DNA from: Octopus vulgaris
Taxonomy: Eukaryota
Direction of reading: 5' to 3'
DNA length: 64,000 bases
Assembly (NCBI GenBank): GCA_951406725.2
Contig: OX597838.1
Span: forward strand, 8,246,001-8,310,000
Positions within the stretch are counted from its first letter, which is position 1. Every line of letters begins with the position of its first letter. A program made the translations under genes and the position numbers. Shown piece by piece: positions 15,689-32,799 of this stretch. Below the pieces are notes generated by a model that saw only the letters and a list, made by a program, of their open reading frames with translations, made no database searches and was not told the DNA's origin.

Positions 15689-15980
15689 TGCACGCGCGCA
15701 CACCTGAGCATCCACAGTACCCGCTCGTCTCTCAGTCATTCCCAGCTGCTGGCTGATTGCCTAATAATGTATATAGCTGTCAATGTTTATATTTTTTATT
15801 TGCAGTGTGAGCGCTTGTATTGATACGTTATACACCCACCTTTATACACACCGCATCTTTTAAAATATATACACAATATAAACGCCCATATACTCATACA
15901 AATCAGACATATAAAATACACACTTAAGATTACATAATCAGAGGTGATTGTGTGAAATATGTAGGTATAAAGTATCTGCA

Positions 15981-16058
<78 letters not shown>

Positions 16059-16082
16059 TGTATATATATATATGTATGTATG

Positions 16083-16113
<31 letters not shown>

Positions 16114-16131
16114 GTGTGTATATATATATAT

Positions 16132-16208
<77 letters not shown>

Positions 16209-16406
16209 AATATTTCGATGGGTGAATGAACTATCCTATGTTTACCGTGTTAACATGGAAAATTCAATGAACCGTTACCAGGGTAGCAAATTCACGTCAG
16301 AAACACGGTTGAAGCGATCTATCTGAAGGTAGAAAGTCCGGGTTAATGTGCATTAATTTGTGTGTTATAGATGAATAAATAAATAAATAATATATATATA
16401 TATATG

Positions 16407-16513
<107 letters not shown>

Positions 16514-16777
16514 ATATATATGTATGTATGTTTTTAAATACACACACGCACAAATACTGCTTGAATGACCGTTAGTTCCTGACGAAATGAGTTCATACTC
16601 TGGGTGGATGTGATGTAATCAATGGTCATTGGAACGGTAATCTTTTATGCCAATGTATCTCGTTCTCGAGCGCTGTACTAATCAGAAAATTCTACTGTCG
16701 CAAATATAATTAAATTCATAAGTTGTAATATGAAATGTACGTATGAGTATTTTACGTTATATTTATATATTTATAAT

Positions 16778-17195
16778 CGCAGGAGCGGTTGTGTGGTAAG
16801 GGATCAGCTTCATAACAACACAGTTCCGGGTTCAGTCCCACTCTGTGGCACCTTGGGCAAGTGTCGTCTACTATTATCTTGGGCCAACGAAAGCTTTTTG
16901 AGTGGATCTGGTAAAAGAAAACTGAAAGAAGCCCGTCGTGTATTAGTCTGTGTGTGTGTGTGTGTGCAATTGTGTGCGTGTCTTTTTTCTCTGTCCGGTC
17001 AAACTGCTTGACCGCTCTAGATATGTTTACGTTTCCTTGACTTAGCGGTTCGGCAAAAGAAACCAAAAGAAGAGGTATCAGGCTTAAAACGTTAAATAAA
17101 AAAAATCTACTGGGAGGATTCATTTGTTTAAAATTCCTCAAGACGGTACACCAGCATGGCCGCAGTCTAATGACTAAAGCAGGTAACGGTTAAAA
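16778..17195 (+). mobile_element. Full-length diverged SINE family A
   Basis: A-box-like tgtgtggtaag, B-box-like ggttcagtccc, ccttgggcaagtgtc, tail ccagcatggccgcagtctaatgact. Confidence 0.85.
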
Positions 17196-17270
17196 GCTAA
17201 ATGTCTTGTTTGACTGTGAAGTTCAGAAGGAATCGATAATAAATTACAATTACATATATATATATATATA

Positions 17271-17470
<200 letters not shown>

Positions 17471-17539
17471 GTTGGAATTTACAGAAAAACAAAAGACGAA
17501 GACAGATGTATAAACAACAAACAGGTATATATATATATA

Positions 17540-17572
<33 letters not shown>

Positions 17573-17737
17573 GAATCTATATGTGCGTATATATATTGAG
17601 GGAGAGCTACACATATAGAAGCATACATGGATACATCAATCGATATATGCACACCGCCATCTTCACACCCATTCATATATATATATACATGAGTGTGTAT
17701 AAATATATATACATAAATGTGTGTATGTATGTATATA

Positions 17738-17965
17738 CAGCAATCCCTCGACTATCACAGGTGTTACGCTCCAAAACACCGGATGATAGGTGAAAATCCA
17801 AGAAGAAGAAACAGTACTGTACTGTATATATTATTTTTTATTATTATTTTTATAATCTGTATATATTTATTTTATTATAAACGCAAAACAACACCACAGA
17901 GGAATCGACATAAGCTTAAATAATAAACCGCGATAGGTGAACCGCGATGTTGCGTGGAATTTTAC

Positions 17966-17967
<2 letters not shown>
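17738..17967. mobile_element. pogo/Tigger-like MITE
   Basis: TA|cagcaatccctcgactatc ... gatgttgcgtggaattttactg imperfect TIRs; second copy at 62702. Confidence 0.7.
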
Positions 17968-18010
<43 letters not shown>

Positions 18011-18202
18011 CCGCACATTCACTCTTCCGTGTGTAGCTTCTGGTGTGTATACATACAGACGTATATATACACACACAAAACGTTCAGAAGATATTGGTAC
18101 GGGGGTAGAATGTCGGATCTATAAAAGTAATATTATTTCGTATTCTTTCGAAATATATAACTCTTATGTCTTCAATATATATATATATATATTTATATAT
18201 TG

Positions 18203-18293
<91 letters not shown>

Positions 18294-18461
18294 TACATAT
18301 ATATATATATTCATACATATATACATATATACATACATTCAAACATACATACATACATACATACATACATAGGGTCTTTTCTGTTTGGTTGCACATTTTG
18401 AAATTTTGAAGTAAAAATTTTCAAACTTGGTATATCGATGTAACTTTTCACAGCGAATCTC

Positions 18462-18495
<34 letters not shown>

Positions 18496-18545
18496 GTAGA
18501 TGTAGGTACGTACATATATGTATGTATGCATATATTTTATTTCTT

Positions 18546-18590
<45 letters not shown>

Positions 18591-18975
18591 AGGTTTTGTG
18601 ATCGTAGAATTTATTTCATAAGTTTGTATTCTGAATCTGTGTTCCGGGGATCGAATCAATCAAGCTATTGATGAGTTCACCCCTCTCACCATCTAGATTT
18701 CTCTTCCCTGTTTTCCAATACTTTAGGGGCTAGAAGATCAAACTTTCGTTTTTTGGAACTTGCAAATACTCGGTCCCCTAAAACAATTATCTACGAACTC
18801 CCTCTCGACAGCAAATGAAGGCTCTCTTTCTTTTTCCCTTATTTTTCTTCATTTCCTTTTGTGATATTTTTCTATAGTTTAGTTGTTTGTATGTACGTAT
18901 GTATGTGTGTGTATATACATTTGTGTATATATATATACACTCACGTTTATGTATATTTAAGTGTGTATATGCGTG

Positions 18976-19026
<51 letters not shown>

Positions 19027-19243
19027 TATATACACACACACACACACATTTATATATATATATATACACGCATTATATACATGCTCACACATATATGTTG
19101 ACATGTGTGTATATATATATATGGGAATATATGCGTTTATAAACATATACATAAACATATGTATTTATATCTATATATATATATATATATTTATATATAT
19201 CCATTATTGATATCTATGTAGGTATGTTTATTTATATATGTAC

Positions 19244-19297
<54 letters not shown>

Positions 19298-19350
19298 ATA
19301 TGTATATATACATATATATGTACGTATGTATATATATGTATATATATATG

Positions 19351-19384
<34 letters not shown>

Positions 19385-19519
19385 AAGAGAGAGAGAGACA
19401 GATAGATATATAGATATAGATATACAGATATATGTAATCAAGACGTTTTACATGCGTATCTTCCCCTGTAATGTTTGAACTCTAACATTAATTGACAAGG
19501 ATAATAAAATCTGGGACTA

Positions 19520-20100
19520 ATAGCCAGCAATGTTAGGGCGACGGGCTCGTCGAATTCTTTGATCCGCACCAGAACTCACCTTGTTCACCTTTTAGCGTCT
19601 CCAAAAGGATGAAAGTCAACTCGACAGAGTTTTGAACTCAGAACGTATAGACGGACGAAATAATCTCTCAGCATTTCGTCCGGCGTGCCATCGATTTCTG
19701 TCAGCTCATCATCTATTTAGAAAATCAAAAATATTTGTTTCCGCCATTTCGGACATTTGATCTCCGTCGGTTACATCTTCTCCTTTGCTCAACCGGTGCT
19801 TATTTTGTGACACCGAAATGATGAACATGTAAATAATGCGGAGTTTGAACTCAGAACGCAGGATGGCAAAAACAAAACAAAAAGCATTAAAATATCTGTT
19901 TGTAACTGTGGCACAATGCCAATAATTTTGTGGGGTGGGGTGTGCTTCGATAATTTCGAGCGAAATATTATGTTTTATCAGCAACGAAAAAATGCAAGGC
20001 AAAGTCATCCTCCGACATATTTCAGTTTAAAATAGACAGAGCCGAAACATATGTCACAGGTCATTTTGTTCGACGCTCTACCGAATCCGCCTCAGCAAGA
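19520..20100 (-). mobile_element. Cluster of degenerate SINE family B fragments
   Basis: aaggatgaaagtcaa, tttgaactcagaacg (x2), gcatttcgtccggcgtg. Confidence 0.6.
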
Positions 20101-20167
20101 CAAGCTTTAGAAATTAAAATGACTGACAGCAAATGAGAAAGACACACACACAATTCCGTGTCTACGC

Positions 20168-20240
<73 letters not shown>

Positions 20241-20258
20241 ATATATAATATATATAAT

Positions 20259-20346
20259 ATGGCTGAAGATTGCTCTACAATTTAAAACTGATGTAATACT
20301 TACAGTGTTTAATAAAATGAAGTAGCATGAAACGATTGTACTACAC
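20259..20346 (+). ncRNA. Hammerhead-like motif with long stem II (copy 2 of 3)
   Basis: atgg-CTGAAGA-ttgctctac...gtagcat-GAAAC-gatt-GTA-ctacac; island continues to about 20378. Confidence 0.6.
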
Positions 20347-20389
20347 TACCTTGGATATCCTTGTTGCTTATTTTGATTAATAATAGATA

Positions 20390-20426
<37 letters not shown>

Positions 20427-20799
20427 TGCATGATGTATAGTTGCATATAAGTACGCACATATATATGTATAAACACACACTCACACCTGTATGTTCACAA
20501 ACGTAATGTATACACACGCGCGCGCAACCATTTTCATATATTTACTTAATGTATGTGTATGTGTATATATAAATATATATAGAGAGATATAGACAGATAG
20601 ATATGAACAGGCAAATATTATTTACAATATATTTACACACACACACACACACACACATATACGCATGTATTAGAAATGTGTATTTATTGATATAAATACA
20701 CGTATGTATATATGTATATATGTGAATAAATATGCATATGTATTCACATGTGCATATGTATATATATGTATATACACACACATACACATACGCACATAA

Positions 20800-20837
<38 letters not shown>

Positions 20838-21394
20838 ACATGCACGACTATATATAACGTGAATGCTCAAAAACACTGCAACATGGAACACTTACATGGA
20901 ACACTTACATGCACACTCACATATCTATATATAGACACACATGCATACATACATGCATACATACATGTATACATACATGCATACATACATGTATACATAC
21001 ATACATACATACATACATACATACATACATACATACATACATACTTCTGTGTAGGAGCGGTCAAGGCATGTGCTTCTGGTTTTGGTAGCAACGCAACATT
21101 TGGCCTACTACCGCTTACTACCTCAGCAGACTGACCAATAACATATGATCAATATGTGAGAGCGGAAACTGTGCGGAACCCAATTGTGAGGGGGAGAGCG
21201 GGGTGTACATATATATGTGTATACACAAACACACACGTACTTGTGTGGGTATATACATGAGATGATCAGTGACAAAATCGATACGATGTGCTCATGATCA
21301 TAAGCATTGGTTCGATTCCTAGACTAGGCTGTGCCTTGTCCCCTTATCTCCATATGTTTATAGAAATCTCTCTCTTTCTCTCTCACACTCAGGT

Positions 21395-21446
<52 letters not shown>

Positions 21447-21708
21447 CATATATACATATATCTATGTGTGAGTATATATATATGTATATGTATATATATA
21501 TATGTATATGTATATATGAGTCACACACACAGATAGATACGAAAAAGCAAATACTATCACTAAGGAAACAAAAGTTTCTAAGTTTGGTGGCGCACCTGTG
21601 TGACAACTCAGAAAGCATTCCAATTGGTTTGAGTCATCCTGAGGAAAACACTTGATGTCCTATATACATACATACATACATACATACATACGTGTATACA
21701 TATATATA

Positions 21709-21799
<91 letters not shown>

Positions 21800-22129
21800 A
21801 TATGTATGTATATACAAACATATATATACCTACATACATACATATATCTGTATATATATATATATATATGGTGTATTTATACGTTTTGTGACATAAGACA
21901 GAACATTTTTTACCTGGTGAACTCTAATGAAATTGCGAAAATATTGCGCAAACATATTTGAAGAACATAAAGTTTATTTCTTACGACTGCATCGCGCTTC
22001 AGCGTCTGTATGTATGCATGTATGTATGTATGTATGTATGTATGTATGTATGTATGCATGTATGTATATATGTATGCGTGTATGTATAGATAGATAGGTA
22101 GATAGTAGGTAGATAGATAGATAGGCAGG

Positions 22130-22220
<91 letters not shown>

Positions 22221-22420
22221 GCATTCGGCAATGTAGTGGTTGACACAACAGAAAATAATGTTTAAAGCAGCGCCCACCCTCATTCTACCCTTGGCTGAAG
22301 GGTTGGCAAGGTCGAGAATGATTTCCTCTACTTCTGATCGTTGAACAACATAAAACAATTAGCGAAAGCGTTGTGTGAACCACCAGGATCCACACGCCGC
22401 TTATCTCGGCTTTAGATCCT

Positions 22421-22511
<91 letters not shown>

Positions 22512-22805
22512 AAACTCACACACACAAATACACACATACTATGTATGTGTGTGCGTGCCTTTCTGTTGTCTGTGTGCATCTGTTTCCGTTGTACAGATTG
22601 ACAACCGGTGGTCGTCTGTTTATGTCCCCGTAACCAAGCTGTTCGGCAGTGACCCACAACAGAATTATTCCCAAACAAACGACGGATTCTGGGATCGGTA
22701 TATACAGATGAAACACTTCAAGAGTAAATGCCACAAATGCAACATTTTAAAAACATAACAAGTTCGAGAATTAGAGTGGAATGAATACACACACCCACCC
22801 ATACA

Positions 22806-22847
<42 letters not shown>

Positions 22848-23174
22848 AAGACATGTGTGTATATGTATCTATGTATGTATGTTTGCATTATATGTATATA
22901 TAAATATATATAGACCAAGGCATGTGTGTATATGCTTCTATGTATGTTTGCATTATTTATATATATATGTACATATATATTTATATATATATATGTATAC
23001 ACACACACACACACACATCAACACACGCACACATATACACACACACGCACACACACACACAGATATATATATATATATATGACGATGTACCAGTTTATGT
23101 GACTGTGTGCGTGTATTTATGTATACATGTATGTATATATATGTATGTGTGTGTGTATATAGCTAGCTAGCTAA

Positions 23175-23224
<50 letters not shown>

Positions 23225-23480
23225 GTGCCAGTTTTTATGACTGTGTGCGTATATTTATGTATACATGTATGCATATATGTAAGTATGTATGAATGTATGT
23301 ATATATGTATGTATATATATGTATGTATGCATATATACATATATATATATATATTAGAGTATATATATATTCGTATGTGTATGTATGCTTATAATTATAT
23401 ATGTATATATACATACATATATGCATTAGCGTATATATATATATATATATATACATATATACGTATGTGCATGTATGTAT

Positions 23481-23522
<42 letters not shown>

Positions 23523-24029
23523 CCACAGTGGTATGTGTATGTATATATATATATAACGTGGCCATAGCTATATACATACGTGCAAGCGGACCCATCCTCA
23601 TACAACTCTAACACATGCACGCGCACTTTGCCGAAAATCTAATTTAGAAAATGCCAACCGGAATAAAGAGTTCAGTCATTTACTTAATGTTTTGGTTTAA
23701 ACCGAAAGGAATCATGGAGTGTGTGAGTGTATGTATGTATGTATGTATGTATGTATGTATGTATGTATGTATGTATGTATGTATGTATTTATGTATGTAC
23801 GTATGTACGTATGTACGTATGTATGTATGCATGTGTGTATGTATGTATGTATGTGTGTATGTATGTATGCATGTATGTATGTAAGTGTGTGTATATATGT
23901 ATGTATTTATATATGTATGTGTATAAATGCATGTATATTTATACATATATATGTATATGTATATATGTATATATATATTTATATATATATATATATAGCT
24001 ACATTTATATACGTATCTTTGTCTATAGG

Positions 24030-24067
<38 letters not shown>

Positions 24068-24115
24068 TATAAATACAGTTATATGCGTACATTTGTGTAT
24101 AGGCTTATAGATATA

Positions 24116-24237
<122 letters not shown>

Positions 24238-24776
24238 TAGATAGATAGATATAGATATAGATATACATGTGTACAAGTACCTACTACTTCTTTTACTCAA
24301 AAGACACTTTACCCATGCTGTAGCATCTCCTTGAAGGTTTTATCTTGGTCGGAAAAATGGACGCTAACATTTATTTTACTAAGCGTGGCACTTGTTTTAG
24401 ACTATTGCCTAAGGATCGAACTCGGAACCATGTGTTTGGCAAGCAAGCTCCCTGCAACACGGCACAGTTGCATGCCTATTTATGTGTAAAATGTACGTGT
24501 TGTGTGTGTATATATAAATGTGTGTGTGAATGTATGTATGTGTGTATGTATATGCATATGCAAGTGTGCACATGAATAATTATGTACGTATAACATAATT
24601 GTGTCTATTTACACACACACACACGTATATATGTAAATATGTATGTATACATGTATGTAGATAAGAGTGTTCTTTGTGTACGTGTGCGTGTGAATGTTTG
24701 TATACACATACATTTTGTGTCTGGATGGTCATTTATTCATTTAAATATGTATATATAATTTTATATATACAGACAT

Positions 24777-24818
<42 letters not shown>

Positions 24819-24820
24819 TG

Positions 24821-24857
<37 letters not shown>

Positions 24858-24951
24858 GCATATAAAAATAATATATATAGAAATATATATTCATATGTAT
24901 ATGTATATATATATGTATATATATAAATATATGTCTACATATATATATATT

Positions 24952-25012
<61 letters not shown>

Positions 25013-25409
25013 TTATATACACACACATATATATATATATATATACATATACACATACATACAAATATATATATACATATACACACATACACTCTCTCCT
25101 CTCACACACACATATATATATATATTCAATATTTTCTATTTTGTGTGCATATGTAAATATATTTGTGCATGTAAGATACACACACACACCAAGGTTAAAT
25201 TTCAACAAATTTCCTTTCCAGTGGTCCTGACTAGGTATACTACATACCAGTTATACCATAGCGTGAGAGCGGAAATCGGTACCACTACAACAAAGGTATC
25301 GCTTCATTCATAGCAAACATACGTGTATGGTTGGGACATGATTTCATTGATTAAATATTGAATGGAATATAAACACAGATGCATGTACATAATATACAAT
25401 ACATGTATT

Positions 25410-25460
<51 letters not shown>

Positions 25461-26174
25461 ATGTATGTATATATATATATATATATATATTTGTTTGTAT
25501 GTATGTATATACGCATATATATATTTGAAAATATATGTTATGTAATAGGATACTCACACATAAATATTCATATTTATATACAAAATAATATGTATATTTA
25601 TATAAATAGGTATATATAATGATATATATATATAATTTTATATACATACATTTAAATATATGTTATATATATATATAGTTATACATGCATGTGTACACCA
25701 ATATGTAATAATATATTATATATATTCAATATATATGATGTGTATATACTCATATATGTAATGATATATATAATACATATATAATACATATATAATACAT
25801 ATGTAAAAAATATATAATGTATATGTACTATACATACGTACACATTTGCATATATATGTGAGTGTGTATATATATATATATATACAATTACTTACAGTTA
25901 TATATATATATATATATATATTCATGTATAATTATGTTTGTCTGTACACTAATACATTATACATATATATATATATTTTATATACATATATACATTTATA
26001 TACATATATATACATATATATATAATTACATATATGTATATATATTCATGAGTATATATTATATACACATACATACGTATATTACTATCATTATACATTC
26101 ATACATATATTCAAATAATAATTTACAAATACATATTTAGACGCAGGTATATTTATGAATACACATTTTGCATG

Positions 26175-26251
<77 letters not shown>

Positions 26252-26492
26252 TTATGTATGTATAAATATATATATATATATATATGTGTATATATATACT
26301 TATATCGAAACACTAATAATTGTTTTTTCGTATATTTATAAATAGTACAAATATATGGTATATATTATATATAGATACATCCATATAACTATATACACGT
26401 GTGTGTATAGAGATATATCTAGATATAGATAGATATGCACTGACAAATATATGCAGATACATATAGATAAATATAAATACAGATGTGTATAC

Positions 26493-26547
<55 letters not shown>

Positions 26548-26764
26548 TGTATACACACACACACACATATATATATGACGTATGGTAAAAATTATTTACT
26601 TATACATATATATATATATGTATATATATATGATATACACACTCTTTATGTATCTATGCCGTATATATAAATATAAGTATATATTCGCTTTTACATGCAT
26701 ACACGCATATATATATATATATTTACATATATTTATAAATATATATATATTATTTTATATATAC

Positions 26765-26797
<33 letters not shown>

Positions 26798-27150
26798 TGT
26801 ATGTATGTATGTATGTATGTATGTATGTATGTATGTTTATATATACATATGCACAGATACACTCATATATTCAATTGGCTGTTTGTGTATCGGAACAAAG
26901 TATGTTGATATTTTCATTGTTGCTTTTTGGGGTCTTTTGTTATTGTTTTTCTTTCTTTTTCTTTTCTTTTTTTTTTGTTATATAATTTATTCTCGGAAAG
27001 CGAGAAGGAGTTTCGAGGTAAAAAAATAATTTAACCAAATGAAAATAGAACGAAAGAAAACAGGATGTTTTTTTTAGCAACACCAAAGATATCACCATGT
27101 TTTCCGTCAACAACAAGAACGTGTCTATATATACATATATATATATATAC

Positions 27151-27189
<39 letters not shown>

Positions 27190-27428
27190 ATATGTGTGTG
27201 TGTATATATATTGGAATATATATATATATATATAAATATAGACACACACACACACATATACACACACATATATATATAATAAATATGAAGTATTTAATAT
27301 CACAATTAATATCATACCACAATAGAATGAATTATGTTCAATAATAATAATGATAATAATAATAATAATGGAAACAATAATAATAATAATATGCATTACA
27401 TAATTGCTTTTATTATTCATTGTCATCA

Positions 27429-27496
<68 letters not shown>

Positions 27497-27648
27497 TCTA
27501 TGAAAATAAACAATAAAAGCTGCTGCAATAACATCAGATAACAGGAAGTTCTTCTTGCATGAGGTTTGTCAGTATGCTAGATGTAACAGCTAGCACCGCT
27601 TTGAAAACAGAGTTTTAGATAATGATATTGATAATGATAATAATGATG

Positions 27649-27708
<60 letters not shown>

Positions 27709-27830
27709 TCTCTCTCATGCACCAAATGGCAATTGCTAAAAAGCACTCGTGAAGTAAAATCATGTAGCAACACCAAATGGCGTTGCCCCAGCATGGCCAC
27801 AGCTTGTGAGCTGAAACTAGATAAATAAAA
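27709..27830 (+). mobile_element. About 120-bp 5'-truncated copy of the CR1-type LINE 3' end in an (AAT)n tract
   Basis: Near-identical to the reverse complement of 56586-56697. Confidence 0.9.
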
Positions 27831-28020
27831 AAATAAAAATTTAAAAAAAAATAATCGTAATAATAATAATAATAATAATCATAGAGGTCGTATATTTTAT
27901 TTGATAAATATTGTAGTTTTCAGATTAATTGCCTACCCAAACATGAACATCCCGTCGTATGACTGGTTGTTTACATTCGTGTAGGAAATTCCGATCGTGA
28001 GTGATCTATTATTATTATTA

Positions 28021-28082
<62 letters not shown>

Positions 28083-28321
28083 GGGAAAGGGTGAAATGTG
28101 AACGATGGTAAACAGGAACATGATGTAAGTGTAAATTTTAAAGGAACACGAAAGAAGAGAGAAGAGGAAGATAGGTGACATGTAATCGATGTTTGACTTA
28201 AATTAGGGTAGAAAAAAATATCCAGGGTGGATGTAGAAACATTTTTACAGTTAATAAACGCGGTTTCCTTTGCCTTTGTTGTCGTTGTTGTTGTCAATGT
28301 TTTAGTTTTTTTTTTATTACT

Positions 28322-28380
<59 letters not shown>

Positions 28381-28399
28381 GATAGATAGATAGATAGAG

Positions 28400-28435
<36 letters not shown>

Positions 28436-28437
28436 GG

Positions 28438-28490
<53 letters not shown>

Positions 28491-28507
28491 TAGATAGATA
28501 GATAGAT

Positions 28508-28582
<75 letters not shown>

Positions 28583-28776
28583 GAGAGATAGATGGAGATC
28601 GAGATAGAGAGATAAAATGACGGATATAGACTTATACATGTATGTAAAAACATAGATATACGTAGACTCATAAATGTACATAGAAAGAGATAAATATACA
28701 TATATAGTTATATATAGCTATATATTGATGTATATATGTAAAATATATGTATACATACACACATAGCTATATATAC

Positions 28777-28839
<63 letters not shown>

Positions 28840-29053
28840 CATGTATGTGTGTGCGTTTGTATACATATATACAGATAAATAGATATAGAAAATATATACA
28901 TACACAGGTATTGGAACGCAGATATTGATACGTATGTATGTAAAATATGTACGTACATTGCTCATACAGATTGTTAGACAAACAGAAGTATATATGTAGT
29001 AAAACTGTACACATACGTACACACAATGATAGACATATTTAGAAACATATGTG

Positions 29054-29088
<35 letters not shown>

Positions 29089-29633
29089 TTATAGATATGT
29101 TTGTGATTGTGGATATATGTGGATATGTTTGTATATACAGAAGAGGAACGGGTACTCACAAGGATGGTTTGGCGTACAGTTGAAATCCATCCCGAGTCGG
29201 GTAACTGGATGTATAGTCGGTGGACAGTGGAAACAAAACATTGTCGTATATAATAAATAAATAGATTGATGTGTGGAGGAGAAACTGGTAATGAAAGACC
29301 AGCTTGGTTCCGGATTCCAAACCGTAAGAAGAAATGTTGGCTGTTTGGTAGCTGTAGTGTAGAGAGAGAGAGAGAGAGAAGGGGAGAGAGAAATAGTGAG
29401 GGAGTGTGTCGGAGATAGAAGGAGATAGAAGGAGAGAGAGAGAGAGATTGTTAGTGAGGGAGGGGTGAGTAATCGTGTGAAAAGGGGAGGCTCGGCGTGT
29501 GCTTGTGTTGTCTGAATGAGCGTGACGATGGATAGATAAAGAGGGAGAGATAAAGGGCGAAGCACAGAGAGAGAGAGAGAAAAAGAAAGAAAGGAAGAAA
29601 GAAAGAAGTGTGTGTGAGTGTGTGCGCGCACGT

Positions 29634-29669
<36 letters not shown>

Positions 29670-29746
29670 CTATGTATTTATCTGTATCCGTGTGTTGGTC
29701 ATACTACTATTACGTGCATACACGATGAATACATAAATATACATAC

Positions 29747-29778
<32 letters not shown>

Positions 29779-29873
29779 GTATGCATGTATGTATATATAT
29801 ATATGTGTGTATATAGTGCGTCTTTGTATATATGGTTGATGATGAGGATGTTGATGTTCAATAATTATGTATA

Positions 29874-29918
<45 letters not shown>

Positions 29919-30124
29919 TTACATATATGTGTGTGTTTGTATATATGTTCCTGTGGTGCGTGATGCATGTATAACATATACACACCACAGAACAGAATAA
30001 CAGGAATTGGAGTCTATCAGCTGAAGGGTGTATACATGCTTTAAATATATATATATATATACACACACTGCTCTGTCTATCTGCGTCCGTGCTGTATGCG
30101 TAACGTATATTTGAATGCTTGGGC

Positions 30125-30180
<56 letters not shown>

Positions 30181-30380
30181 GTATGTATGTATGTGTGTGT
30201 GTGTATAAATTCTCGTGTATAAAGTTTATTATATCCCCATACGTATATGTTCTCGAGAAGAGAGCGTGACTGTGTGTCCGTAGGTTTATCTTGGTGTATT
30301 TGTCCGTGTATATAGATAGCTATACGGGTGTATAGCTACACGGATATATTTTCACGCGTGTATATATATATATATATATA

Positions 30381-30435
30381 TGACGAAATGCCGGAGCAGG
30401 TTTCTGCCCCGACATCCGAAACTCGGAGTTTTATT
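30381..30435 (+). ncRNA. 5'-clipped hammerhead motif (same family as 43966)
   Basis: (TA)n-TGACGA-aatgccggagcaggtttctgccccgacatcc-GAAA-ctcggag-TT-ttatt; C3 and the stem I 5' strand are missing. Confidence 0.6.
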
Positions 30436-30475
30436 ATGGCAACCGAATAATTGTCACTTATAATTTTTACGGATA

Positions 30476-30508
<33 letters not shown>

Positions 30509-30677
30509 AGGTGAGCATGTACGTATGTGTGTGTGTGCACGCCGTTGAGATGTGTGTGAATGTATGTGCATGTGTGTGTATGTGTGTGTGTGTGTGCGTG
30601 TGTGTGTGTGTTGACGTTTTATGTTGACTCCAGAAACCGCTGCCCACTTCTCCACTCTGCTGCTGACGTTGTGATGG

Positions 30678-30714
<37 letters not shown>

Positions 30715-30812
30715 GGTGCTGTCGGTGTTGTTTCGTTCTATTGCAGCTGCTGATGGTAATGCAATGATGCACCGACAGCAACAGCAGCAGCAGCAGATGC
30801 TGCTTTTGCTGC
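30678..30812. repeat. (CTG)n followed by (CAG)n trinucleotide tracts
   Basis: Direct reading. Confidence 0.85.
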
Positions 30813-30929
30813 TCCTGATGGTGCTGTTCTTTCAGAGTGCCTGTCACGACAGTTCTTCAATTCAATGTTATTCTTGCCGTTAATGTGTATGTATATATAT
30901 ATATAAAAATAATATATATATACATATAC

Positions 30930-30983
<54 letters not shown>

Positions 30984-31039
30984 CTATATATGTATATGTA
31001 TATATATATATATAAATATATATGTATATATATATATTC

Positions 31040-31500
<461 letters not shown>

Positions 31501-31726
31501 TATGTATACTTTTTCAAACTTATTTCAGTCATTAGTCTGCGCCCTGCTGGAGCACCACCTCGAAAAGTGCAATAGAACACCAGCACTAATTTCTGTTTTT
31601 TTTTTGTTGTTTCTTTTATAGGGAAATTATTCAATCAGTTGATTTTACTGGGCTGTTACCGTAGGGGGACATAAATAAACCAACACCGCAACCAGTGGGG
31701 GACATCACAAATACATACACACACGC

Positions 31727-31799
<73 letters not shown>

Positions 31800-32026
31800 T
31801 ATATATATATATAATTCTATGACAAAGATAGTGTCGATAATGACTTTAAACTTTCGGCCTGCTTAACCTTCGTTTGACTAAACGCTATGCAGGCTGCAAC
31901 TTCGAAGTCACTATTCTTGATGAAGAATAATGTATACGAGTCTGTACTCTACGACAATTATTGAGTTAATTATTCAATTTAATATAATTTAATTTAAATT
32001 GTATGTATATGCATACATATACATAC

Positions 32027-32116
<90 letters not shown>

Positions 32117-32258
32117 CTATATATATGTATGCGTATATATATATATATGTATGTATGTGTAGGTATATATGTATGTTATGTAATATATATATATGTATGT
32201 ATGTGTAGGTATATATGTATGTTATATAATATATATATACATATGTATGTATGTATAC

Positions 32259-32292
<34 letters not shown>

Positions 32293-32367
32293 TATATAAC
32301 ATACATAGATACCTACACATACATACATACATATATATATATACGCATACATATATATATACATATA

Positions 32368-32416
<49 letters not shown>

Positions 32417-32446
32417 ACATATATATTTATATATATATATACATAC

Positions 32447-32522
<76 letters not shown>

Positions 32523-32717
32523 TTATATATATATGTATATATATACATATATATACATATAAATACATATATATATATATATATATAAAAGGCGCTAAAC
32601 GCAGGTGTTATGTGTGTGTGTGTGTGTGTGTGTTTGTGTGTGCAATGGATGAAAGGCAAAGGCGACCTGAGCGGAATTTGATCTCAGAACGTAACGACTG
32701 TGAAACACTTATTATAG

Positions 32718-32772
<55 letters not shown>

Positions 32773-32799
32773 CAACAACAACAACAACAATAATAATAA

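Noticed and set aside
30467-30883. PolyQ/polyL coding exon
   Set aside because: CAG/CTG tracts open on both strands and running into (CA)n; no splice evidence
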